Of a stretch of DNA of 64,000 bases, positions 31,159 to 41,070 are shown piece after piece (the stretch's first letter is position 1; every line of letters starts with the position of its first letter). Below the pieces are notes generated by a model. It was not told where the DNA came from. It made no database searches and saw only the letters and a list, made by a program, of their open reading frames with translations. The stretch covers positions 4,657,414 through 4,721,413 of the forward strand of contig CP070695.1 in NCBI GenBank assembly GCA_020353515.1. Direction: 5' to 3'. A program made the translations under genes and the position numbers. The DNA is from Candidatus Heimdallarchaeota archaeon. Its GTDB lineage: Archaea; Asgardarchaeota; Heimdallarchaeia; Hodarchaeales; Hodarchaeaceae.

Positions 31159-32973
31159 TTGCAAGTAAATCACAAAGCTGAATTCCTACCCGAGAAAGAC
31201 AGGTTTATAAGGGCGAGAGAAAAAGGGCCACGACAATGGATCATTGCTCACATGCTTATTGGATCTAATAAGCTCATTGTATTAGCTATATTCATGGGAA
31301 CCATTCTAACTGCGACGATGAATTCTGGTTTGATGGTAATTATAGGAATAGCTTTAGATGAATTCACCAGAGGAGAGGGTTCAAATTTGTTAACATATGC
31401 CATCTTATTTATTGTTTTTGCGGTTGGTTCACCAATTCTTAACTTGATAACAAATATTATTCGAGAAACGTTAGCCCAGAGAATGGAGAAAGAGGCCCGA
31501 CACGAATTTTATGTCAATTTACTTGGAAAAAGTCAATCTTTCCATGATTCTCAACGCATTGGAGACGTCATGGCAAGAGCCACTAATGATGTCCGAATGT
31601 TGAATTTTATGATTAGTCCAGGCCTTTCGTTGATATTTGAATCTTTTATGAATTTAATCACACCAATATTATTCATTGCAATTTTATATCCTTCAGAACT
31701 CTTATTAGCTCCTTTTCTTTTCACTGTACTCTTTATTATTACTTTAAGAGGATATACTAGAAAATTAGGACCAGTTAGCGACCAATTACGATTTGAATTC
31801 GGTCAGATGAACACAATACTAAATGAAACCCTTTCTGGGATAGAAGTCGTTAAAGGAAGTACAACGGAAGAATATGAAATGAATCGTTATCTCATCAATG
31901 CTCAAGGCTATCGGGATGCGTTTGTACTTCAAGGAAAAATCATGGCAAAATATATTCCGGTATTATTGATCGGACTTGCGATAACTCTTGGATTAGGACA
32001 TGGAATATTACTATTCTTCAGTGGACGCATGACGGTCGGAATGATCATCTCTTATGTCGGATTAATCTCTAATCTGAGGTTTCCAACCTTTATATCGATC
32101 TGGGTTTTTGCATTAATTAAATTGGCTGTATCGGGGGCCGAACGCTTACTTGATATAATGGAAAAAGAATCTGATATTGATGAGAATATTCATGGTGTAG
32201 ATAGGACTATTGATGGTTTAATAAAGTTTGAGAACGTCTCATTTAAATACCCTGGATCGAGTAATAAGGTTTTATCTGATGTTAGTTTTGCAATAGCTCC
32301 TGGACAGACAGTAGCTATCGTAGGTACAACAGGATCTGGAAAAACAACATTAACTAAATTACTTTCGCGATTGTATGATCCGGACGATGGTCAAATTCTA
32401 ATTGATGGAAAAAATATCAAAGAATGGAAACTAGAGTCATTAAGAAATCAGATTTCCTATATTGAGCAAGATACCTTTTTATTTTCGGATAAAATTGCGG
32501 AAAACATCTCTTTTGGCCAGACTAGTTCTCTCGAAGAAATAAAGAGAGTAGCTAAGGAAGCTCAGGCAGATACCTTCATTGAGCAGCTACCAAATGGTTA
32601 TGAAAGTGAGGTTGGAGAACGCGGAGTCCAATTAAGTGGGGGACAAAGACAACGTATTGCGATAGCTAGAGCCTTTTTAACTGATCCACGAATTTTAATA
32701 CTAGATGATTCAACTTCTGCTATTGATTCAGACACTGAGGACAAAATTCAAAGAGCCATGACAAAAATACTTTCTTATCGAACTACATTTCTTATTACTC
32801 ATCGTCTGAGTCAGATCAGATGGGCTGATTTAATTCTTGTAATGAAGAAAGGAGAAATTATTGCAAAAGGAACTCATGAAAAGCTTATGAAAACGTCTGA
32901 GGAGTATCGGAAAATTTTTGTCAAAAGATTCGATCTAGATGAGAGAGTATTGCTGGAGGAGGCGGTAGTTTAA
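31159..32973 (+). CDS. Heterodimeric ABC exporter subunit (TMD-NBD, degenerate Walker B)
   Basis: TMD, GTTGSGKTT, LSGGQ, Walker B LILDD. Confidence 0.92.
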   Translation: MQVNHKAEFLPEKDRFIRAREKGPRQWIIAHMLIGSNKLIVLAIFMGTILTATMNSGLMVIIGIALDEFTRGEGSNLLTYAILFIVFAVGSPILNLITNIIRETLAQRMEKEARHEFYVNLLGKSQSFHDSQRIGDVMARATNDVRMLNFMISPGLSLIFESFMNLITPILFIAILYPSELLLAPFLFTVLFIITLRGYTRKLGPVSDQLRFEFGQMNTILNETLSGIEVVKGSTTEEYEMNRYLINAQGYRDAFVLQGKIMAKYIPVLLIGLAITLGLGHGILLFFSGRMTVGMIISYVGLISNLRFPTFISIWVFALIKLAVSGAERLLDIMEKESDIDENIHGVDRTIDGLIKFENVSFKYPGSSNKVLSDVSFAIAPGQTVAIVGTTGSGKTTLTKLLSRLYDPDDGQILIDGKNIKEWKLESLRNQISYIEQDTFLFSDKIAENISFGQTSSLEEIKRVAKEAQADTFIEQLPNGYESEVGERGVQLSGGQRQRIAIARAFLTDPRILILDDSTSAIDSDTEDKIQRAMTKILSYRTTFLITHRLSQIRWADLILVMKKGEIIAKGTHEKLMKTSEEYRKIFVKRFDLDERVLLEEAVV

Positions 32974-34862
32974 TGGGATTCGGGATTGGATTAGGTGCTG
33001 AGGAATATGATAGAATCTATAAAGATCGCGACTTAGTAAAGCGAGTTTTACAGTATTTCTCTCCATATAAAACCATTATGATTTTAGTGATAACATTCAT
33101 ATTTTTACAAAGCATAGTGAATTCCTTGATTCCAATTATCTCCAGGGAAGCAATTAATAGACTTGAAGTGACAACAGGCATTGTAGAACAACAGCTATAT
33201 GTCTTATTTTTAATAATCATCACTCTGATTTTGAATTCTCTTGGGTGGGTGTTTAATTATATTAGACAATCTTATAGTGCTCAAGTAATCGGCGACGTTG
33301 TTCTTAATTTACGTCGAGACGTTAACTCTGCTGTTTTAAATCACGATATGTCTTTTTTTGACAGGTATCCCTCAGGAAAGGTCGTTTCAAGAATCAACAC
33401 AGACTCCCGAGACTTTGGTCAAACAGCGAATCAGTTGATGATGACGAGTTCCTCTCTCCTTCTCGTTCTTATCATGTTTGGAGTTATGTTCAGTATAAAT
33501 GCCTTTCTGACACTTGTGGTTCTCTCTTTAGTTCCTTTTATCTTTCTCATCACATTATCTTTCAGAAAAATGGCACGAAGATTAACTTTATTAGGACAGC
33601 GGGCACTTGCAGTGGTAAATGCTTTTGTACAAGAATCTTTTTCAGGTATTCAAATAGCAAAGACTTTTCGGCAGGAAGATAAATTATTCAATAAATTTAA
33701 GGATGTTAATCAACAATCTTATATTGTCAATAGAAAAAGAGCATATTTGTTTAACTTTCTATTTCCTGCTTTAAGCACCATTCAAGGAATTGCCTTAGCT
33801 CTTCTCATCATCATGGGAGGTACCGCAACACTTAGTGGTGACCTTAAAGCAGGTGATTTTTTTCTCTTTTTGCAAAGTTTACAGCTTTTCTTTTTTCCAC
33901 TTTTCACGATTGCTTCTTTTTGGCCAAGTTTTCAGTCAGGTTTAGCTGCTTCAGAACGTATATTTGCATTAATCGACACACCACCTGTTGTTATTCAAGA
34001 AAAGAATATAATTCCAGAAAAGATAGATGGAGAAATTACATTTACCAATTTAGGATTCTCATATATTAAAGGAAAAGATGTTTTAGATCAAAATAATAGT
34101 ATAGAAGATGAAGTGGAAGGAAAATCCATTAGTACCAAAGTTTTTGACGGATTCTCTCTTAATATTAAACCAGGTGAATCACTAGCAATAGTTGGACATA
34201 CGGGGGCTGGAAAATCTAGTTTAGCGAAGTTACTTGCACGATTCTATGAATTTCAAGATGGTGAAATCCTTATAGATGGTGTGAGTATCCGTGATTATGA
34301 CCTTAAAGCATACAGAAAGCACATTGGAATTATTCATCAAGTCCCCTTCTTATGGGGAGATACTCTGGAGAATAATGTAAAATATGGGAAACCCGATACT
34401 ACACGGGAGGAAGTACTCTGGGCTTTAGAACAAGCTGGAGGAGCAAGTTGGGTTGAGGATTTACCACAGGGCCTTGAAACAAACATCCGAGAAAGGGGAG
34501 CTCTACTCTCAATGGGACAACGTCAACTTGTAGCTTTAGCACGAGTATTATTGGAAAATCCATCAGTCCTAGTTTTGGATGAAGCAACTGCTTCTGTAGA
34601 TCCATTCACAGAAACAAGAATTCAAGAAGCCCTTGAAAAGACGATAAAAGGAAGAACTAGCATCATCATTGCTCATCGTTTATGGACTGTAAGGCATGTG
34701 GATCGTATAATTGTATTAGACCACGGAAAAATTGTTGAAGAAGGGAATCATGATGAATTAATGCAATTAGGAGGGCATTATGCCAATCTCTATGACACAT
34801 ATTTCCGTCATCAATCATTTGAATATATTGAAAAGGTAAAAGAATTCAAAAACCTAAATTGA
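32973..34862 (+). CDS. Heterodimeric ABC exporter subunit (TMD-NBD)
   Basis: GHTGAGKSS, LSMGQ, LVLDEAT; 1-nt overlap with the partner gene. Confidence 0.92.
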   Translation: MGFGIGLGAEEYDRIYKDRDLVKRVLQYFSPYKTIMILVITFIFLQSIVNSLIPIISREAINRLEVTTGIVEQQLYVLFLIIITLILNSLGWVFNYIRQSYSAQVIGDVVLNLRRDVNSAVLNHDMSFFDRYPSGKVVSRINTDSRDFGQTANQLMMTSSSLLLVLIMFGVMFSINAFLTLVVLSLVPFIFLITLSFRKMARRLTLLGQRALAVVNAFVQESFSGIQIAKTFRQEDKLFNKFKDVNQQSYIVNRKRAYLFNFLFPALSTIQGIALALLIIMGGTATLSGDLKAGDFFLFLQSLQLFFFPLFTIASFWPSFQSGLAASERIFALIDTPPVVIQEKNIIPEKIDGEITFTNLGFSYIKGKDVLDQNNSIEDEVEGKSISTKVFDGFSLNIKPGESLAIVGHTGAGKSSLAKLLARFYEFQDGEILIDGVSIRDYDLKAYRKHIGIIHQVPFLWGDTLENNVKYGKPDTTREEVLWALEQAGGASWVEDLPQGLETNIRERGALLSMGQRQLVALARVLLENPSVLVLDEATASVDPFTETRIQEALEKTIKGRTSIIIAHRLWTVRHVDRIIVLDHGKIVEEGNHDELMQLGGHYANLYDTYFRHQSFEYIEKVKEFKNLN

Positions 34863-34876
34863 TAGAATATTTTCAT

Positions 34877-35995
34877 TCAACCAGAAGTTGGCTTTGATAT
34901 TCTCATAGCGAAGACAAATCCACCAAGATTAAGAAGTGTGGCGATTGATGCAACGATCATAATGTCAGTATAACCTCCTCCTACTGATGTAATAATTAAT
35001 GCAATAAAAGAACCGATAAGACTCGCAATAGGTAAAATGCTGGTAATTATCCCTGCAGCTGTTGATTTGTCAAAGAGACTTTTTTCTATGGAAAATCTCA
35101 ATGTTCCAACGTAAAGGAGCGCCCAGGATAATCCAAGAATGATTTGTAATGGAATAATTCCCCAGAAACTTTGGGGGATCGTAAACGAAATGAAGCTAAT
35201 ACTGGAAAATATTAATCCTAATGTTACCATTCTTTGACTATCCATCTTGTCAGTGAACTTCGTCATAATGATTACTTGTGTCCCTGCATTAGTGAATTGG
35301 ATAAATCCAACCCAGAAAGTGTTAGCCCCCAACTCCTCTATTAAAAATAAGGACCAAAATACCCATATTGCTGATGCAAAGCTATGTCTTATTACTAAGG
35401 CCAGGTATATCTCTTTTCGGTCCCAAAAGACGGATAGTACGGAATCTTTATATTTTTGGGAGTCAGATTTCTCTTCTTTGAGAGTAAATGCAATAAAAGC
35501 TGCCACAATGAACGCAAATGAAGCAAAAACAAATATTCCCTCAATCCAGAATAAACCTATTACTCCACTGATAAGAACTCCTATAGCCCATCCTAAAGAA
35601 CCGTATGCAGAGAAGTTTCCAATCTTGTCTCCTTTATCTGAAACTAATGCAACCAGAGCTGGAGCAAACATTCCTAATCCGATACCACTGAGGGCTCTAA
35701 AAAGAATGAACTCGAACTTATAGGGAATAATTTGACCTATTATGGTGACTGCGGCTGCAACTGAACCAATTATGACGAATATTTTCCTTACACCAATCAG
35801 GTCTGAGAGTCTTCCAGATAGAACCCCACAGCTAAAAGCAACAATGCCATAGAGAAGTGCAGCGAAAGCGATTTCAGGATCAGATAGACCAATTTGATGA
35901 CCCCAGTACGGGATATATGTAAATACTGAGAGTGTAGCTAAGTTTGCAAGAAACTGGATGATACCCTCTTTGGACAACATAAATAAACAAATCAC
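34877..35995 (-). CDS. MFS transporter
   Basis: About 12 hydrophobic segments; motif A GRLSDLIGVRK. Confidence 0.88.
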   Translation of the reverse strand: MICLFMLSKEGIIQFLANLATLSVFTYIPYWGHQIGLSDPEIAFAALLYGIVAFSCGVLSGRLSDLIGVRKIFVIIGSVAAAVTIIGQIIPYKFEFILFRALSGIGLGMFAPALVALVSDKGDKIGNFSAYGSLGWAIGVLISGVIGLFWIEGIFVFASFAFIVAAFIAFTLKEEKSDSQKYKDSVLSVFWDRKEIYLALVIRHSFASAIWVFWSLFLIEELGANTFWVGFIQFTNAGTQVIIMTKFTDKMDSQRMVTLGLIFSSISFISFTIPQSFWGIIPLQIILGLSWALLYVGTLRFSIEKSLFDKSTAAGIITSILPIASLIGSFIALIITSVGGGYTDIMIVASIATLLNLGGFVFAMRISKPTSG

Positions 35996-36148
35996 TGGAA
36001 TTTTTATGTAGAATCTGAAAAGTTATTCTTAGGAATTTTTGATAAAAACTGATATAAGATTGAAATAGATCATTTTATAATTAATACGTATTAGGAAAAT
36101 TGATTATTATCCTCTTTCTATTTTAGATTCGATGGACATTGAAGAAAT

Positions 36149-36883
36149 ATGGTAGTGGACAAAGGATACGAAAAATCTGCTCATTTATATGACATATTCG
36201 ATAACAAAGATAATATCACCTTTTTTCTTAAGTATGGGGAAGAGGCTGAGACGATATTAGATATCGGTGCTGGTACTGGAAGAATTGCAATTCCCTTAGC
36301 TGAAAGGGGAGTCAAAATTGTCTGTATTGAACCATCTCCTTCAATGCGAAAGGAATTTCTCAAGAAACTTCAGAATCGACCAGAGCTTGAGGATAGAATT
36401 ACTTTGGTTGCAGGGGATGTTCAAACTTTTAGATTGGCAGAAATTTTTTCCGTGGTATTTCTATCTGGTAGTTTTGACCATATCCCTAACAGGGACAGAA
36501 TCATATCGTTTCAGAATATTAATCGGCACTTAAAACCTAATGGGAAGCTTATTTTTGATATTCATATTGGTAATATGAAAGATTCTCCGTTATTGTTAGT
36601 TGATACAGTCAAAAGGAAAAACTATGAGTATAAACGATTCATTGGAACTAAAATTCTTCCAGATAATATGATAGATGTATTACTTGTCTTTGAAACGTAC
36701 AAACAAGGAAAATTAATTGAAAAAATTGAACAACGGTCATCAGCTTTTACTACAACCCAAACCAAAGTTCACCAATTATTAGAGGAGACAAACTTCATAA
36801 TTCAGAAAGAATATTCTGATTATCACTATTCACCCTTTTACAAGGGAGATTCACTTCTGATAATAGAAGCTATCAAAAATTAA
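36149..36883 (+). CDS. Class I SAM-dependent methyltransferase
   Basis: ILDIGAGTGR, GDV, HLKPNGKLIFD. Confidence 0.88.
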   Translation: MVVDKGYEKSAHLYDIFDNKDNITFFLKYGEEAETILDIGAGTGRIAIPLAERGVKIVCIEPSPSMRKEFLKKLQNRPELEDRITLVAGDVQTFRLAEIFSVVFLSGSFDHIPNRDRIISFQNINRHLKPNGKLIFDIHIGNMKDSPLLLVDTVKRKNYEYKRFIGTKILPDNMIDVLLVFETYKQGKLIEKIEQRSSAFTTTQTKVHQLLEETNFIIQKEYSDYHYSPFYKGDSLLIIEAIKN

Positions 36884-36887
36884 TTTC

Positions 36888-37381
36888 TTAAATTATAGGG
36901 CTGTTTAAGATTTCCTCAAATCCAGGTAATCGCCAGTCATCACTATGAAATCCCGTTGGAACATAAAGGATACTAAGAATACTCTTGTTGCCAATATTAA
37001 TCCTTTTTAAATTAATGTACTGCAATTTTTCAGCGTTTTTGATCTAGTAGAGAAAGTGGGAACATCTAAATAATATTCATCTATTAAAAAGTCAGGAAAA
37101 TACTCACGATTACCTGTTACGTAATAAACAGGTTTTCCAAGATCGTTAAAGACATTTAAGGTCTTGATAGAGGATTCAATTGATAAGTCAAGAGCTTGAT
37201 CCATTTTTGCGGAATAAAACATTTGGATTTTTTCTTCAACAGAGCGTGAAATGAGTGCATTTACGAAAATCGGTTCACTGGTATCGAAATATTCAGAAAA
37301 ATCGCCAACTAATAAGTACATTTCAGCAGAAGGAACTTCTCTAGGTTCACCATGTAAATCCCCAAAAATTCAGACTTTCAT
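36888..37381 (-). pseudogene. Degraded metallophosphoesterase
   Basis: ATG 37381 reads MKV*IFGDLHG...LVGDF...YVTGNRE with an in-frame TGA at 37370-37372. A stop at 37007 is followed by a plausible frameshifted continuation (KRINIGNKSILSI...) ending at 36888. C-terminal MPP motifs are absent. Confidence 0.7.
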
Positions 37382-37398
37382 TGCATCATCTGAGAGAA

Positions 37399-38109
37399 TT
37401 ATTCGATAGTGAAATAGAGTCTTCTATTATTTTTTCCTTTATTAACTAGTTTTTTAATGCTTATTTTCCCAATTTCCTTTAACGCTTGGATGTGACACCC
37501 ACCATCAGGTTGACGGTCAAAGTTTTTTATATCAACAATTCGAAGATTCTTGATACCTTTTGGAATCCCCATTGCAAGTTTTACCAGATCAGGATCTTTT
37601 TCCACTTCTGATCGCGTGAGATAATATACTTCCACAGGATGATTCTCTTGGATTATTTTGTTACTCTTCTCCACCTGCTCTTCTATCAATGACCGATCGA
37701 AGTGTTCAAGATTAAAATCGATCCGACCTTGCTCTGTGGATGCGATATCGTTACCTGTGATTTTGGCACCGAGATTCTTATAGAATGCACCACTTAGAAC
37801 GTGAGCACAAGTGTGATACCTCATCAATTTATAGCGTCTTTCCCAATCCAGTGTACATGAGACTTTATCTCCAACTTGAAGCCCTTCTTTATCAACTTCA
37901 TGAGAAATATCGCTTCCAAACTTCCCAACATATACTACATTAAAAACCTCAGATCCTCTTGTGAGGGTTCCCACATCGTTTGCTATCCCCCCAGATTTAG
38001 GATAGAACGCGGTTTGATTTAAAACTACATATTTACCATCCTTTACAGAAACTACTTCAGCCTCAAATTCTTTTAACAGCATATCATCTAAATAAAGTGC
38101 TTTAGACAT
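37399..38109 (-). CDS. alaXM: AlaX-M alanyl-tRNA editing protein
   Basis: LYLDD..LKEFEA, TAFYPKSGG, MRYHTCAH, DGGCH, GKNNRR. Confidence 0.92.
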   Translation of the reverse strand: MSKALYLDDMLLKEFEAEVVSVKDGKYVVLNQTAFYPKSGGIANDVGTLTRGSEVFNVVYVGKFGSDISHEVDKEGLQVGDKVSCTLDWERRYKLMRYHTCAHVLSGAFYKNLGAKITGNDIASTEQGRIDFNLEHFDRSLIEEQVEKSNKIIQENHPVEVYYLTRSEVEKDPDLVKLAMGIPKGIKNLRIVDIKNFDRQPDGGCHIQALKEIGKISIKKLVNKGKNNRRLYFTIE

Positions 38110-38164
38110 TTTTCTTTCCCAAAATGCATGAAGTTATTTTTTTCTAATATCAGTTTTCCCTGAA

Positions 38165-38686
38165 TTATGAATCCTTTCTTAGATGGAAATGAGTAAGACC
38201 TGGACATTCAGTAGATAGAGTATATGTACAATCTTGACATTCAAGCCACATGTTTTTTGATCGGATTCGATTTATTCCTATACCTAAATACAATCCAACT
38301 CCTAATATTAATTGAATTAATCCAATCAACACATGTGGAGCTTTGACTATGGAAGTTAAACCAAAAGCAACCCCAGCACCTAGCAATAATCGAAACAAGA
38401 ATCGAATATACTTGTCTTCAGAAGAAAATACTGGAATTTTCATCAAACGAAAAATGGTTGGGAGAAACATCGCTGCGCTGATACAGACTAAAGTGAACCA
38501 ATCAAGTTGAAACGCTCTCACAATCAAGATGATTAAACCACCGATTAATACTCCACTATAAAAACCTGTACATCCTAAACAAAGAAATAATCCTCCAACA
38601 GAGAAAGTGTGGGATCTGAATTGCCCACATATTGGATGGTGGGCTAAGGAAAGTTTCACAAATCCCTTCAATTGCTCTAGGTTCAT
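38165..38686 (-). CDS. Membrane protein, DUF2085-like
   Basis: HHPIC...SHTF...LCLGCTGFYSG followed by four TM segments and a C-terminal CQDC..C. Confidence 0.6.
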   Translation of the reverse strand: MNLEQLKGFVKLSLAHHPICGQFRSHTFSVGGLFLCLGCTGFYSGVLIGGLIILIVRAFQLDWFTLVCISAAMFLPTIFRLMKIPVFSSEDKYIRFLFRLLLGAGVAFGLTSIVKAPHVLIGLIQLILGVGLYLGIGINRIRSKNMWLECQDCTYTLSTECPGLTHFHLRKDS

Positions 38687-38940
38687 GAAGTTACCCTAAA
38701 AACATTATTAAATAGGTTAATAACCAGAAATGATCTGCTTTTGAATGATATTTCATTCGTTTTAATGATTATTATTGTAATTTATCATGGTATATCTCTA
38801 TATAGTAGATTAATCCAGAAGTATCTTATCAAATAAGAGTACTTCCTCAAAGCACATCTCCGAGTTAATTAATCCAAAAATAAAACAATAAACCTAATAT
38901 TTTAAGACTCGCACTTATGAATACTAATTGGTGTTTAGAA

Positions 38941-39005
38941 CCTGAACACTTTTAGAAAAAACTGTTCAGGCTCTGTACATTGCTGTTCAGAGCGTAGTTA
39001 TATAA
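38941..39005 (+). promoter_or_regulatory. Inverted repeat CCTGAACA-N14-TGTTCAGG upstream of a TATA box
   Basis: Perfect 8-bp arms at 38941-38948 and 38963-38970, an extra TGTTCAG at 38984-38990, and TTATATAA at 38998-39005 ahead of ORF 39052. Confidence 0.5.
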
Positions 39006-39051
39006 AGGATGAATTTTTGTCTTTACTTGCAACAAAGATTGCAATAAAAAG

Positions 39052-39594
39052 GTGTTAAAAATGAGTGTTATAACAAATTCATTTTTCAAGTCAGTAACAG
39101 TAACTGTTGTTGTAGTAATCGCTTCAATCGGGTTTGCATTCATAACAAATCCAACTGCAGTGTTTATACCTCGACATCAGTTTGAATTTCAACTAACGGA
39201 TGTAGCTGATGATGTCAATGTCAGTTATCTAGATATTATTGAATATGGGTCGTATAAGCAAGGGAAGAATGTTGTTTTGTACATAGAAGTTGCAACAGAA
39301 ATTAATCACAGTACCCCAGGGCCCCATTATTGGTTGACAATTGTGGCAAAATATCCTAATGATGATACTGCTCACATTTATTGGAATGAAGTTTATAATG
39401 GTACTGAACAGAATTATCAATCCGATGTGGCTATCACTGGTAATCGTCTAGAAGTTGCTTTCTCCATTGATAAATTTATCCCGAAATCTTATATGGTCGG
39501 TATTGAAGTTCGAGCATCAGGCTTTATTTCAGAAGATTCTAGCCCCTCTGCGCGAGATAATCCCTTGAAAACGCGTTTCTTGGGAATAATCTAA
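39052..39594 (+). CDS. Secreted or membrane-anchored beta-rich hypothetical protein
   Basis: N-terminal hydrophobic segment; D...DD...LDI motif followed by beta-strand-like segments. Confidence 0.65.
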   Translation: MLKMSVITNSFFKSVTVTVVVVIASIGFAFITNPTAVFIPRHQFEFQLTDVADDVNVSYLDIIEYGSYKQGKNVVLYIEVATEINHSTPGPHYWLTIVAKYPNDDTAHIYWNEVYNGTEQNYQSDVAITGNRLEVAFSIDKFIPKSYMVGIEVRASGFISEDSSPSARDNPLKTRFLGII

Positions 39595-39625
39595 TGCCAA
39601 CCTTCTTTTTTAGAGGTAATCAGAC

Positions 39626-40096
39626 ATGGAACAGATAGCTGAAAACGAAATGAAACTTGAGGATTTCCTTGTCAACAAACACGTTACATCGATTTTTCTA
39701 CATTTGAAGAACGAAAAGAAACCTTTGGGAGTTCGAGAAGTTCAGAGAAATCTTAATATAAGTAGCGTGGGTAGTACTCACTGGCATTTACAAAAATTAA
39801 TTGAAAATGGAGCTATCGAACAAGTTGAAGGGAATAAATATCAGCTAGTTGAAAAATATGCAAAGCTTAAGAGTATCCCATTAAGAGTGGTGATGGATCA
39901 TTATTTCGTTGGGAATAAACTTGTACCAAACATATTCTTCTTGATGTTTTTCCTGTTAAATATCTTAGTTCTCGCTATTTTAACAATAATACTTAATTTG
40001 TTGCCTATAGGATTTTTGATTTGCTTTTCTAGTACTATAGTCAGTTTAGTTGTTGTTTTTCGTTTTTATCATCATATATCAAGAAATGGATATTAG
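39626..40096 (+). CDS. Winged-HTH protein with C-terminal transmembrane helices
   Basis: PLGVREVQRNLNISSVGSTHWHLQKL..G followed by two TM helices. Confidence 0.8.
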   Translation: MEQIAENEMKLEDFLVNKHVTSIFLHLKNEKKPLGVREVQRNLNISSVGSTHWHLQKLIENGAIEQVEGNKYQLVEKYAKLKSIPLRVVMDHYFVGNKLVPNIFFLMFFLLNILVLAILTIILNLLPIGFLICFSSTIVSLVVVFRFYHHISRNGY

Positions 40097-40209
40097 AAAG
40101 GATAAACCTCTTAACCCACATCCTTTTCTTTTTTTGCCCCTTAACCTGTATTCGCTTATATGATTCTGGTTTTTATGATTGCTACTAAGAAATCAATTGT
40201 TTATTAGTG

Positions 40210-40689
40210 TTATAATTCCATATAACAGAGTAAGGAGAGAAAGAATAGTAAAATTCCCAATATTTTGAAACTTAAATTTCCCCAAAAGGAATCCCAATCT
40301 AGAAATCCTTTCACACGAAAAATCCCTATCCACACTCCACTATGATTAAAAGCGTCAACAAAAGAATGGATAAAAATTGCTCCAAAAATTGATCCAACCA
40401 ACGTAATCAGTAATGAACCTACTATCGGTATACCTTGGATGACAATCAAAAGAAATAATGGAATACCGTATAATAAATTGTGTGTTCCTTTACCTCGGTG
40501 AGGAACAATCTGATTAAATGTGATTCGTGCAATTTTTTGATCTTGATCTGGCAATCGTGAAAAAATTGGTGCGATCAAGAATGTTCCGATTCCCCACAGG
40601 ATGATTGGCGTTTTGAAGATCCCTAGCAACAGACTAACAAACCCAATCCCGAAAAAAACATGAGTCAAACCTCTCATATTAGATCCCAA
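40210..40689 (-). CDS. YdjM-like membrane metal-dependent hydrolase
   Basis: THVFFG, LPDQD, HRGKGTH, HSFVDAFN..GV. Confidence 0.8.
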   Translation of the reverse strand: MGSNMRGLTHVFFGIGFVSLLLGIFKTPIILWGIGTFLIAPIFSRLPDQDQKIARITFNQIVPHRGKGTHNLLYGIPLFLLIVIQGIPIVGSLLITLVGSIFGAIFIHSFVDAFNHSGVWIGIFRVKGFLDWDSFWGNLSFKILGILLFFLSLLCYMEL

Positions 40690-40746
40690 GAATTTCTTCG
40701 AATTCTGAATTTTAGAATCTAGGTCATAATACAGTAATACTCTATT

Positions 40747-41070
40747 CTAGTATTGTCGTATCAGATTAAATACTCGTGAGATTCTATCATTCTTATCGAT
40801 ATAATGGGAATATTTTAGATGCCCTAATAATCCTGTCTTGCTGAAAAGTCCTTTATTGCACACATAACAAGAAAACTGCCCAAGGTTGCATGGTGAATGT
40901 TTTATATGGAGTCGTAAGTTTTTTATTCTAGAAAATGGCTTTCCACACCATTCACAAAGATATTCTTCTTGAGGGAGAACTTCTAAGATCATTTTTCGTT
41001 GCTTTTCACTTAATGGTTTCTGATATATTCCCTTCTTAATTGATATCGGATTGAAAAGGTTCAGCTCCAA
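40747..41070 (-). CDS. Tandem C2H2-type zinc-finger protein
   Basis: YLCEWCGKPFSRIKNLRLHIKH..C and FSCYVCNKGLFSKTGLLGHLKYSH. Start uncertain: TTG 41070, or the internal ATG of MILEVLP. Confidence 0.7.
   Translation of the reverse strand: MELNLFNPISIKKGIYQKPLSEKQRKMILEVLPQEEYLCEWCGKPFSRIKNLRLHIKHSPCNLGQFSCYVCNKGLFSKTGLLGHLKYSHYIDKNDRISRVFNLIRQY

Noticed and set aside
37370-37372. In-frame TGA as selenocysteine
   Set aside because: It falls in a structural beta-strand rather than a catalytic site, the gene has further lesions, and no SECIS element was recognised.
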